Positions 28,916 to 37,915 of a stretch of 64,000 nucleotides of DNA are shown piece after piece. A program made the position numbers and the translations under genes. The DNA lies in assembly GCA_050251945.1 (NCBI GenBank), contig JBFWLW010000001.1, positions 416,001 to 480,000 of the forward strand. The letters run 5' to 3'. The notes under the pieces are model-generated. The model was not told the DNA's origin. It saw only the letters and a program-made list of their open reading frames with translations, and ran no database searches. Source of the DNA: Deferribacterales bacterium (GTDB lineage: Bacteria; Chrysiogenota; Deferribacteres; Deferribacterales; Geovibrionaceae). Every line of letters begins with the position of its first letter. Position 1 is the stretch's first letter.

Positions 28916-29673
28916 CTCTCGCTGACGAACTCGAAATCCCCCGCATCGTCGATTATCATGGCACTGAGCGCATAACCGTACACACAGCCTGTATCAAGAT
29001 TTACGGAGACAAGCTCTCCCGCCTTGTTCCTGTTGACATAAGGCGTTCTCGGGTTGTGCTGGGGATCTATCTTTTTAACAGGTGTATGACCGTGAACCAT
29101 GGTATACCCGAAATGCTTCTGTGTGCTTCTGTCTGTATCCCGCGACCAAATGTAAAGGTAGTCTTTGCGGTTGCTGTATTCTGTCACCCTGCCCGCTTTT
29201 CCGTTTGAGGGTCCCAGCCCTGCATGGGAGAACATGAAGTTGTTGCGCGGGTAGTCATATCCGAAATACATCTCCGCACCGAGGAAAAAGGCTCTGTAGG
29301 GCTCTAGATAAGGTATAAAATCCACATTTCTTATTGTTCCGAGAGTCAGCTTTGAATCCAGCACCTTTTTGCTGAAAGATGAAATGGTCAGCTTGCCGCC
29401 TGTGCCAAACCACGCATTAGGCGCGTATATGGCTGAGAATCCGGCGTAATCCAGCATCATATCCTCATGGTTTCCAATAAGCATGCGGAAGCGTCCCTGT
29501 CTTTGCAGCTCCATGAACATAAGCGTGACCTCAAGGCTGTGAAACCCTCTGTCAACTATATCGCCGAGCGATATATAGTTAACATCCGAATAGCGCGCCT
29601 CTACACGGTCAATGAGCCTGTCCAGAGTGCGAACACAGCCGTGGATGTCGCCGATTACCGCTGTATACGGCAT
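28903..29673 (-). CDS. Ser/Thr phosphatase-type metallophosphoesterase
   Basis: GDIHG, GDIVDRG, GNHE, HAG, HGHTP and DTG motifs. Confidence 0.92.
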   Translation of the reverse strand: MPYTAVIGDIHGCVRTLDRLIDRVEARYSDVNYISLGDIVDRGFHSLEVTLMFMELQRQGRFRMLIGNHEDMMLDYAGFSAIYAPNAWFGTGGKLTISSFSKKVLDSKLTLGTIRNVDFIPYLEPYRAFFLGAEMYFGYDYPRNNFMFSHAGLGPSNGKAGRVTEYSNRKDYLYIWSRDTDRSTQKHFGYTMVHGHTPVKKIDPQHNPRTPYVNRNKAGELVSVNLDTGCVYGYALSAMIIDDAGDFEFVSERCMD

Positions 29674-30434
29674 CTAAGCTGTACCCCGCACCATTCCGCC
29701 TCTGTCTCTGTGCGGACTATTTCATAATCTTTTATATCAAGTTCCTTCATGAATTCTTCGTACTCCTCGGAAAGTATGCCAGAATAGACGATATATTCAG
29801 GTTTTATCTCAAGCACACTGGGGTGTATCATATTGAGTACGCTTGTAATAATGTTTGCAACCACAACGTCGGTCTTAACACCGAGGCTCTCTATTCCGCC
29901 TGTCCATGCCTGAACGTTTGACGCTCTGTTCAGCGCAATGTTTTCAAGTGTGTTGCCCAGTGCGTCTGGGTCGATGTCAAAGGCATAAACGGCTTTTGCG
30001 CCCTTTTTCGATGCGGCGATGGCAAGTATCCCGCTTCCGCATCCTGCATCCGCAACGGTCTTTCCGTCAACAACGTCCTCAAGAAGCTTCGCCGCACAGC
30101 GGGTCGTCGGGTGTGTACCCGTGCCGAACGCCATTGCGGGGTTGATGATTATTGTCTCTTTGTCAGGCTCGGCATCCAGATCGAACACATATTTCAGCGT
30201 GTCTGTCAGGTTGCCCGGCTTAATGAACTCTTTCCATTTGGTGTCCCATCCGGTTTCGTCCACTTCAACCTTCTGATACCATTCATCTTTAATAATATCT
30301 TCAAGCCCTTCGCCGTAATAGACCACAAAGCAGATGTCCTGACCTTTGAAGTCTTCTTCTATGGGATATATGCCCATATCTTCCAGTGTTGTAACGGATT
30401 CTTCCGATAATTGTTTAAATCTGTATTCGTACAT
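29655..30434 (-). CDS. prmA: Ribosomal protein L11 methyltransferase
   Basis: PAMAFGTGTHPTT, DAGCGSGIL, ANI and SGIL motifs. Confidence 0.93.
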   Translation of the reverse strand: MYEYRFKQLSEESVTTLEDMGIYPIEEDFKGQDICFVVYYGEGLEDIIKDEWYQKVEVDETGWDTKWKEFIKPGNLTDTLKYVFDLDAEPDKETIIINPAMAFGTGTHPTTRCAAKLLEDVVDGKTVADAGCGSGILAIAASKKGAKAVYAFDIDPDALGNTLENIALNRASNVQAWTGGIESLGVKTDVVVANIITSVLNMIHPSVLEIKPEYIVYSGILSEEYEEFMKELDIKDYEIVRTETEAEWCGVQLRCRIQR

Positions 30435-30489
30435 AGAAAACCTTATATCATATCTTGAAAAAAGATAAAGCATGTGAGATTAAATTTAT

Positions 30490-31233
30490 ATGAAAATATC
30501 AAAAAAGATATCGTTAAAATACGGAATTTCGGTCAGAAGTGCCAAAGACTGCATACGCGAAGGTTTTGTGAGCCAAGGCGGAATAACTGTGCGCAAGGAC
30601 ACGGACACGACAGATGATGATTTTTTGCTTGAAATGCCAAAAAAAATCAAAACTGACCCCAAACCATATATTTTATCAGACAGCGGCGATGTCATTTTTT
30701 TTGATAAGCCCGTTTTCATGCATTCCGAACGTCACAGGATCGACGACGAAACAACAATGCAGGATATCGTTGAAAGCTGCGACGGTTCTCTGACCCTTAT
30801 CTCCCGTCTGGATTATATGACAGATGGTGTTATAGCCGCAATCCGAAACGGAGTTACGATAAAAACCCAGAGCAAGCTGTATCTTGCATACGTCTGCGGC
30901 GAAATGCGCGAAACCGTCATCATTGATAATAAAATTGACGCGGATAAACGCAAAAAGGTGAAAGTCACGGAAGAACACGGAGGCAACAGAACTGTATTCA
31001 CGCCCCTTCGATTCACATACGGTTTAACCCTCGTTCAGGCGGAGATGGAAAAGGCAGCAAGGCACCAGCTCAGAGCCTATCTTGCATATCTGGGACACCC
31101 TATTCTCGGCGACGTACTTTATGGCGGAGACGAACACCCGCGCATAATGCTCCACTGCAAAAGCACCACAGTAAACGGATTCAGCGCGGAATCCCGTCTG
31201 ACACAGGATTTCATTCTCATAACCAAAAAATAA
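30490..31233 (+). CDS. RluA-family pseudouridine synthase
   Basis: S4-like N-terminus; KP, SRLD, HQLR and HPILGD.LYG motifs. Confidence 0.88.
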   Translation: MKISKKISLKYGISVRSAKDCIREGFVSQGGITVRKDTDTTDDDFLLEMPKKIKTDPKPYILSDSGDVIFFDKPVFMHSERHRIDDETTMQDIVESCDGSLTLISRLDYMTDGVIAAIRNGVTIKTQSKLYLAYVCGEMRETVIIDNKIDADKRKKVKVTEEHGGNRTVFTPLRFTYGLTLVQAEMEKAARHQLRAYLAYLGHPILGDVLYGGDEHPRIMLHCKSTTVNGFSAESRLTQDFILITKK

Positions 31234-31279
31234 CTATTTTCAAATTGTTTTTTTGACAGTTTGATGATAATCTAAATTT

Positions 31280-32224
31280 ATGAAAAAGTTTTATTTATTA
31301 TGCAGTTTTCTTTTAATGTTGTTTTATTTTCAAACGGACGCCATTGCTGCGGACAAGGAATTCGGTTTCTGCGGCGGACCTTCCGGCGGAACTTTCATGT
31401 ATTTTGCCAACGGGATATCAAAACTGGCGGAAAAATACGATGTGAAAGTTACGGCAATTCCAACGAAAGGTTCAATAGACAACATCCGCATGCTGCAGAA
31501 CAATCAGGCGAACTTTGCCATTGCCTATGCATCCGATGTAAATCTTGCCCGTCAGGGGCTTTTAAAGGGCGACAACACCAAATATGACAAAATATTGGGC
31601 GCAGGCGTGCTTTACAGCGGAAAAATACATATCATAATAAAGAAGAATTCAGGAATAAAAACCCTCGCCGACCTGAAGGGTAAAAAAATCGCCGTGGGCG
31701 AAGCGGGCACAGGAGCGGCATCCAGCGCCGAGAGAATACTTTCGCAGATGGACATCTGGGAAAGCGTTTCCAGATATTATATAGGATATCGCAAAGCGGA
31801 AAGCGCGTTTAAATCCGGCATGGTCGATGCTGTCTGGGTGTTTGCGGGAATTCCTAACAGTTCCGTATCGGAAATGCTGCTGGACAACAAAGCGACGCTT
31901 CTTGACCTGAAAAATGACATGAAAGCCATCACGGCTGTCAGCAGCAATTACAGATCGGTAAAAATACCTAAAGGAACATATAACAACTCCCCCGCCTTTG
32001 ACACTGTCGAAGCGGATGCCGTTCTTCTTACAAATCGTTTCACATCGGAAAAAGATGTCAGCAAAATGATGGAAATGATCTATAACCCTTCATCAGTACG
32101 CTACATGAGCACTCAGCATCCGGCAGCAATTGAGATACATCTTGACCCTGACATGAACAGGATGATGGTTTCCCCCCACCCCGGCGCTATACGATTCTGG
32201 CGGGAAAAACGAGTTACACACTGA
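31280..32224 (+). CDS. TAXI-family TRAP solute-binding protein
   Basis: Signal peptide; G..GGT, T.GS.DN, DLKGKKI.VG..G.G and HPGA motifs. Confidence 0.9.
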   Translation: MKKFYLLCSFLLMLFYFQTDAIAADKEFGFCGGPSGGTFMYFANGISKLAEKYDVKVTAIPTKGSIDNIRMLQNNQANFAIAYASDVNLARQGLLKGDNTKYDKILGAGVLYSGKIHIIIKKNSGIKTLADLKGKKIAVGEAGTGAASSAERILSQMDIWESVSRYYIGYRKAESAFKSGMVDAVWVFAGIPNSSVSEMLLDNKATLLDLKNDMKAITAVSSNYRSVKIPKGTYNNSPAFDTVEADAVLLTNRFTSEKDVSKMMEMIYNPSSVRYMSTQHPAAIEIHLDPDMNRMMVSPHPGAIRFWREKRVTH

Positions 32225-32241
32225 TTTTCTGCATGTCATAG

Positions 32242-32270
32242 TTGACAATTTTGGTCTCATTATATATTAT
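32242..32270 (+). promoter_or_regulatory. Sigma70 promoter of the Fur-family gene (predicts a leaderless mRNA)
   Basis: TTGACA-17 nt-TATTAT, then 6 nt to ATG 32277; no SD. Confidence 0.65.
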
Positions 32271-32276
32271 TATGCT

Positions 32277-32687
32277 ATGGAAAAAATGTATAATGTTGAA
32301 GACATACTCAGAAACAACGGCTTAAGAGCTACAGCGCAAAGACTTCTCATTTGCGGAGAGATACTTGACGCCGGACATATCGACATAGACACCCTCTATG
32401 CCCGCCTTAAAAAAAAGATAGTCTCACTTTCACTTGCGACAGTTTACAAGAATATACATGCGCTCATGGAAGCAGGAATTGTTTCCGAACTCGGTCTTGA
32501 AGGCAAAAAGACCATGTATGAGCTTAAACTCAGACCCCACATTCACCATATCTGCGAAACGTGCGGAAAGGTCGAAGATCTGCATATTGAAACAGACGAA
32601 ATTAAAGATAAAATAGCCTCCCTCACAGGAAGAGAGATTGCAGGATGCAAGATAACAGTGTTCGGCAAATGCTCCGACTGTAGCTGA
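32277..32687 (+). CDS. Fur/PerR family transcriptional regulator
   Basis: GLRAT.QR, SLATVY, H.HHIC..CG and C-terminal CxxC. Confidence 0.93.
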   Translation: MEKMYNVEDILRNNGLRATAQRLLICGEILDAGHIDIDTLYARLKKKIVSLSLATVYKNIHALMEAGIVSELGLEGKKTMYELKLRPHIHHICETCGKVEDLHIETDEIKDKIASLTGREIAGCKITVFGKCSDCS

Positions 32688-32781
32688 TATCTTTTTTATC
32701 CGTTTTTATATCTTATTCTCATTATTTTAAATACTGCCCATTGATTTCTATTTTGTTTTCGTCTATTATTCTGCATCATTT

Positions 32782-33246
32782 ATGGTGGGTAATATGAGCA
32801 AGAATACCTGCATGCAAACTATAGTCCAGATTAGAAAGCTTTCACGCTTTCTGGACAAGTATTCCAAGCACCTCGACAAACAGTATCATGTTACGCTTCC
32901 CCAGATGCTGTGCCTTTACGAGATAACCAGCAAAAGCTCTATGAACCTGACGGAGCTGACAAAATCTGTCAACCTGAACAACAGCGCCCTCACAGGCATC
33001 GTTGACAGACTGGAAAGCAAAGGCTTTGTTAAACGCGTTAAAAAAGACGCGGACAGAAGAACCATTTATCTGGAAGCAACAGAAGAAGGTATTAGCTACA
33101 CCGGTCAGCTCATGAAACAAATGGAAGAAGATTGCTTTTTTGACAAAGATAAGCTGACTCCCGCGGATCTTCAGAATATCCTGAACACACTTGATATCAT
33201 AATCAATTCTCTGGATCCGGACATTAAAAAGATCGAGCTGGAATAG
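32782..33246 (+). CDS. MarR family transcriptional regulator (start may be 32794)
   Basis: T.PQ..CL, LT.IVDRLE.KG.V.R and DRR motifs; upstream TTGATT-17-TATTAT. Confidence 0.9.
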   Translation: MVGNMSKNTCMQTIVQIRKLSRFLDKYSKHLDKQYHVTLPQMLCLYEITSKSSMNLTELTKSVNLNNSALTGIVDRLESKGFVKRVKKDADRRTIYLEATEEGISYTGQLMKQMEEDCFFDKDKLTPADLQNILNTLDIIINSLDPDIKKIELE

Positions 33247-33249
33247 CGG

Positions 33250-33280
33250 AAAAAAGGTCATCCGAGGATGACCTTTTTTT
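33250..33280. terminator. Bidirectional intrinsic terminator
   Basis: AAAAAAGGTCATCC-GA-GGATGACCTTTTTTT between convergent genes. Confidence 0.9.
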
Positions 33281-33285
33281 GTATC

Positions 33286-34587
33286 CTAAAGAGTTATGGT
33301 CAGATTATTATCCGTGGGCGCGCCATCCTCTGCAAAGTCGTACATAGCGTATCCCAGCTGCTGAGTTGAAGCATCTGTGCTTGTCATCATCGCCTGAACA
33401 ACCGTCTGGGAAGCTGTGCTCAAAGATGCGAAGGTTTCATCACCTTTATAGTGTGCAACGTGTATCTCCGCACCGACAGACGCATATTCAACAGGCAGTC
33501 CGTATGTCGGTCCCAGCGTTGTATAAAGCTCCAGCATACCCTGCTCGGTAAATTCCTTTTTATAGGTATCAAAGTCGGTTTTTGAAAGTATGGAGTGTAT
33601 TTCATCGCTTGATATATTGAAAGTTTTTGCAGGAATATCGAGGTCTATTATTCTGTACGGGCTGGGAGCAGTGACGCCTGAACCGGTTTCGACATCATAA
33701 AGCACGCTGCTTGAAAATGAATATTTGACAACATCCTGCGCGTGGAAGTGACCTGTGAAAACGATATTCATGCCGGCGTTTGCCAGAGCCGCTCCGACAG
33801 TTGTATATTCATCCAGAACATATTCTGAAAAAAGCAGAGGTTCCGCCGCGAAATGCGCGATTATACCATGATGCATCATGCCGATCACAAGCTTGCTGTT
33901 TGCCTTTGCAATTGCAAGTTTATCCATTATCCATGTGAGAGTTTCGGCAGATATCTCACCGGACGTTTCTGGAGAGGTTTCGTTGTCGTCATATTTGCAG
34001 GAGTCGATAGCAAAAAGCCATACGTTGTCTGCGGGTTCAGCTATATAGCTGAGTGAATTGGAATCTTTAAAGATTGCTTTTGAAAAGCCGCTGTTTTTAT
34101 GGATGCTTGCAAACTCTTCGGGAGTGACTGTATCAACCTGCGTAGTGGAGCTTCCGCTGAATGAAACGGCATGCGGGTTGTTTATGTCGTGGTTGCCCGG
34201 AACGACATAGGTATCTATCCCTGCATCATTGAGCTTTGCCAGAAGAGAAGCTATCTTTTCGTGGCTGACCTTTTCTCCGTCTTTTGTGAGATCACCCGAA
34301 ACGAGAACGAAATCAAGATCCTCAACCTTCAGAAGCTCTTCAACCATAGCTTCCATTATCTCAGTGCTTTCAGCGAGCATCTTTCTGTCGTTTGAAAGAT
34401 ATTCCTCGAAAGCGGAACCTGTTGTTCCGAGCGAGGTATCGTAAACGTGGGGATCGGAAAGAACGGCGAAGCGTGCCGTTGTCTGGGTATCAGAATCGTC
34501 GGAACATCCTGTTGTAACACCCAGAGAAAGAGCCGTACCTACCACGGCTGTGGTGCGGAGAAAATTTCTTCTTGAAATAAAATACAT
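33286..34587 (-). CDS. Tat-exported lipoprotein metallophosphoesterase
   Basis: SRRNFL twin-arginine signal and TTGC lipobox; DPH, GDLT, GNHD, HH and GHFH motifs. Confidence 0.88.
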   Translation of the reverse strand: MYFISRRNFLRTTAVVGTALSLGVTTGCSDDSDTQTTARFAVLSDPHVYDTSLGTTGSAFEEYLSNDRKMLAESTEIMEAMVEELLKVEDLDFVLVSGDLTKDGEKVSHEKIASLLAKLNDAGIDTYVVPGNHDINNPHAVSFSGSSTTQVDTVTPEEFASIHKNSGFSKAIFKDSNSLSYIAEPADNVWLFAIDSCKYDDNETSPETSGEISAETLTWIMDKLAIAKANSKLVIGMMHHGIIAHFAAEPLLFSEYVLDEYTTVGAALANAGMNIVFTGHFHAQDVVKYSFSSSVLYDVETGSGVTAPSPYRIIDLDIPAKTFNISSDEIHSILSKTDFDTYKKEFTEQGMLELYTTLGPTYGLPVEYASVGAEIHVAHYKGDETFASLSTASQTVVQAMMTSTDASTQQLGYAMYDFAEDGAPTDNNLTITL

Positions 34588-34690
34588 AAAAGAGACCTCC
34601 GAATAATATTCTTCAAAGGTCTCTATAATCTATTTTCTACACAGGTCTATCATACTATTGTCCAATTTTGAACAAATATGATTATGCCGC

Positions 34691-35389
34691 TTAACGAAAC
34701 TGCTCTATGTATCTGCAGAACTCACCGAAATCCTTCTGGCGCTTCACAGCCTCCGTACCGATAACAAATCCTCCGGTGGCATTGAGTGCTTTATCCGAGT
34801 CCTCTTTTGTGCGGATGCCGAACCCTGTGACAACCGGTTTGCCTGTCAGTTTTTTCGCAATGTCGGCTTTGTTGTTAACAGCACCCTTTTTATCGGAGCC
34901 TGTCACGCCCATAATGCTGATATAATAAACAAAAGGAGCTTTCGTATCTTTCACGGCTTCTATGTCTTCATCTCTGGAAACAGGTGTTACAAAAGGAATT
35001 ATCGGAATTGAAAGTCCCTTTTCAATCATCCAGTAATGCATTCTTGCGGGGAGATCGGGAATGATAACTCCGCTTAAAATATCACCGAAATCGTCTGAAA
35101 ACTTCTTCTCGCCGTAGCCGTGTATTATGTTCGCATAGGTCATAACGGTTGCTTTTATTTCAGGATATTTCTGCTTCATCCCGCGAACGTCACTCATGAT
35201 GGCGTCAATATTCACGCCGTTCATCACTGCTTCATGGATTGCGGAGGCTATAACGGGACCGTCCGCCACAGGTTCACTGAAAGGGATTCCGACCTCTATA
35301 AACTCAAAACCCGCCGCCGCAACGGCGTTCAGACATTTTTTAAACTGCTCCCTGTCGGGGTAGCCGCCAACGATGTAAAAACCTCTCAT
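34691..35389 (-). CDS. trpA: Tryptophan synthase alpha subunit
   Basis: EVGIPFSEP.ADGP.I, IIPDLP, GVTG and GFGI motifs. Confidence 0.93.
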   Translation of the reverse strand: MRGFYIVGGYPDREQFKKCLNAVAAAGFEFIEVGIPFSEPVADGPVIASAIHEAVMNGVNIDAIMSDVRGMKQKYPEIKATVMTYANIIHGYGEKKFSDDFGDILSGVIIPDLPARMHYWMIEKGLSIPIIPFVTPVSRDEDIEAVKDTKAPFVYYISIMGVTGSDKKGAVNNKADIAKKLTGKPVVTGFGIRTKEDSDKALNATGGFVIGTEAVKRQKDFGEFCRYIEQFR

Positions 35390-36552
35390 ACACGCCCCCT
35401 TTCAAGGATAGCCGCCATGTCCTTGTCTCCTCTTCCGGAAAGGTTTACAAGAACCTTTTTACCTTTGAACTGTTCTTTATTTTCAATTACATATGCAAGC
35501 GCATGGCTTGATTCCAGAGCAGGAATTATCCCCTCTTTGCGGGTCAGCATTTTAAATGCGTTAAGCGCTTCATCGTCCCGCACATAGCCGTATTTAACAC
35601 GTCCGCTGTCGTTCAGTGCCGCGTGCGCGGGTCCTATACCGGGATAGTCAAGCCCTGCGGAGATGGAGTGAACATCCGCCACCTGAAACTGAGGTGTCTG
35701 CACCAGATAAGAAAAAGCACCGTGGAGAATACCCGGTTTACCCATACCTATCGTTCTGGCGTGTTCGCCGTCTTTGTCGGATACGCCGCCTGCCTCCACA
35801 CCGAAAATTTCAACTTCAGGATTGTCTAGAAAACCCTGAAAAATACCTATCGCATTGCTTCCGCCGCCGACGCAGGCGACAACGCAGTCAGGGTCGAACC
35901 CGAGTTCCTTACATTGGGCGTTCGCCTCTATGCCTATGACAGACTGGAAGTATGCAACCATCTCAGGAAACGGATAGGGTCCAACGATACTGCCGATGAT
36001 GTAATGAGTGTTCTCAACGCTCGCCACCCATTCGCGCAATGCCGCGTTGGTAGCGTCTTTCAGCGTGCGCTGCCCATCCTGAACACGAACCACTTCCGCG
36101 CCGAGAAGCTCCATCCGCTTGACGTTCGGTTCCTGTCTGCGCGCGTCCACTTCGCCCATAAACACCGTACATTCCATGCCGAACAGAGCCGCCGCAGTGG
36201 CAGTGGCAACACCATGCTGACCTGCACCCGTTTCGGCTATGACTCTGTTCTTACCCATATATTTAGTAACGAGAGCCTGACCGAGCGTATTGTTCACCTT
36301 GTGCGCACCGGTATGCATCAGGTCTTCGCGCTTAAGATAAATTTCACATCCGCACTCTCTTGAAAGGTTTTCCGCTTTATAGACCGGAGTGGGTCTTCCT
36401 GCGTATGAATGGAGAAGCGTATCCAGCTCTGATTTAAATTTATCGTCCTTTTTCAATTTGTTATACCAGAACTCCAGCTCGTCCAGAGCGGGAATCAGGG
36501 TCTCGGGTACGAACTGTCCGCCGTACTCTCCGAAAAACATCTTTTTATCCAT
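35386..36552 (-). CDS. trpB: Tryptophan synthase beta subunit
   Basis: KREDL.HTGAHK, AETGAGQHG, GGGSN, SAGLDYPG and LSGRGDKD; GAGG before ATG 36552. Confidence 0.97.
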   Translation of the reverse strand: MDKKMFFGEYGGQFVPETLIPALDELEFWYNKLKKDDKFKSELDTLLHSYAGRPTPVYKAENLSRECGCEIYLKREDLMHTGAHKVNNTLGQALVTKYMGKNRVIAETGAGQHGVATATAAALFGMECTVFMGEVDARRQEPNVKRMELLGAEVVRVQDGQRTLKDATNAALREWVASVENTHYIIGSIVGPYPFPEMVAYFQSVIGIEANAQCKELGFDPDCVVACVGGGSNAIGIFQGFLDNPEVEIFGVEAGGVSDKDGEHARTIGMGKPGILHGAFSYLVQTPQFQVADVHSISAGLDYPGIGPAHAALNDSGRVKYGYVRDDEALNAFKMLTRKEGIIPALESSHALAYVIENKEQFKGKKVLVNLSGRGDKDMAAILERGRV

Positions 36553-36566
36553 TGTATGCCTCGAAT

Positions 36567-36627
36567 AGATTGCTTCGCTACGCTCGCAATGACGTCTCTG
36601 CGAGGACTTTAAGGACGAAGCAGTCTC
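36567..36627. repeat. Pair of CGTC-tagged palindromic units (copy F) in the trpF-trpB gap
   Basis: AGATTGCTTCGCTACGCTCGCAATGACGTCTCTGCGAGGACTTTAAGGACGAAGCAGTCTC. Confidence 0.8.
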
Positions 36628-36631
36628 ATAT

Positions 36632-37162
36632 TTATTCTTTGTATGCATCTTCAGCATTTTTTATAAACTCAGCTATCTTATTGATATCTTTAACACTATC
36701 GGTTTCTACGCCGCTGGAAACGTCCACACCAAACGGTCTGTAACGGCGGATCACGTCGCCTACGTTCTCAGGTGTCAGTCCCCCGGCGAGAATAAGCCTG
36801 TCGCGGAACCCTGAAATCCATTCGGGATACTCGCATGTTTCGCCCCTGCCGCTGCTCTTGTCGAACAGGAAATAACGGAAAATACCCGTCGGCATCCCAT
36901 GTCCGCTAAGAATATGATTTTCTGCGGTGTTCGCATCGTGCGCCTGAATATAGTCGGTTTTATACCCCCCGCACTCAGCCAGAGTGAACCCCACAACGCT
37001 TGTCTTCACCCTGCCGCAAACAGCCGCAGCAATGGCGTTTGCATTCTCCGGCGCAATATATCTTCTGCTTGTTTCGTGTGCTACAAAACCTATCATGTCG
37101 GCGCCAAGCTCAATACATTTTTCAGCAGTCGCAAGGTCCTTTATACCGCATATCTTTATCAC
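36632..37162 (-). CDS. trpF: Phosphoribosylanthranilate isomerase
   Basis: IKICGI, ILAGGL.PENV and GVDVSSGVE motifs. Confidence 0.93.
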   Translation of the reverse strand: MIKICGIKDLATAEKCIELGADMIGFVAHETSRRYIAPENANAIAAAVCGRVKTSVVGFTLAECGGYKTDYIQAHDANTAENHILSGHGMPTGIFRYFLFDKSSGRGETCEYPEWISGFRDRLILAGGLTPENVGDVIRRYRPFGVDVSSGVETDSVKDINKIAEFIKNAEDAYKE

Positions 37163-37914
37163 GCTTTAAGTCCCGCCGCCATATCGGAAAATACTGCCTG
37201 CGGATCGGGCGATGACATAAGCCCCGACCCGACAAGAAAGGCATCCGCTCCAGCCGCACGCATTTTGCGGATATCATCCGCGCACTTCATGCCGCTTTCA
37301 GCCACTTTAAAGTGTTTCTTATCGAGACGGGATATTATGCCTGCCGCCTTATCCATGTCTATTTCCAGCGTTTTCAGATTGCGTGCGTTCACACCGACTA
37401 TGTCCGGGTTTATGCCTGAAACAATATCGTATTCCTCTTCCTCGTGTATCTCAGTCAACACTGTCAGCCCTTTTGACTTCGCATAAAGATAGAGCCTTTC
37501 GTAATCCTCTTTTGAAAGAGCGGATGCCATCAGAAGAACCGCGTCCGCACCGAAAACGTAAGCGGAATATATCTGTTTCTCGTCGATGATGAAATCCTTG
37601 CAGAGAACAGGCAGGTCAATGCTGTTTGCCACGTCGCGCAGATACTCGAAACTGCCCTTAAAAAACTCTTTATCGGTCAGCACGCTCACAGCGCCTGCAC
37701 CCATCAATTCATAGCGTTTTGCTGTCTCCACAGGGTCGGCACCGACGTTTATATCCCCAAGTGTCGGCGAAGCTTTTTTTACTTCGCAGATGAAGGGTTT
37801 CGCCATCAGGCTTGCCTTGAAATCCAACAATTTCTTTTTACGCGGAAAGAACGGAACCGTCAGATTTTTGACCTCTTTCCTCTTGTTTTCCAGTATCTTT
37901 TCAAGCACTGACAT
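37159..37914 (-). CDS. trpC: Indole-3-glycerol phosphate synthase
   Basis: EVKKASP, SVLT, KDF, N.RNL and ESG motifs. Confidence 0.95.
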   Translation of the reverse strand: MSVLEKILENKRKEVKNLTVPFFPRKKKLLDFKASLMAKPFICEVKKASPTLGDINVGADPVETAKRYELMGAGAVSVLTDKEFFKGSFEYLRDVANSIDLPVLCKDFIIDEKQIYSAYVFGADAVLLMASALSKEDYERLYLYAKSKGLTVLTEIHEEEEYDIVSGINPDIVGVNARNLKTLEIDMDKAAGIISRLDKKHFKVAESGMKCADDIRKMRAAGADAFLVGSGLMSSPDPQAVFSDMAAGLKA

Positions 37915-37915
37915 C

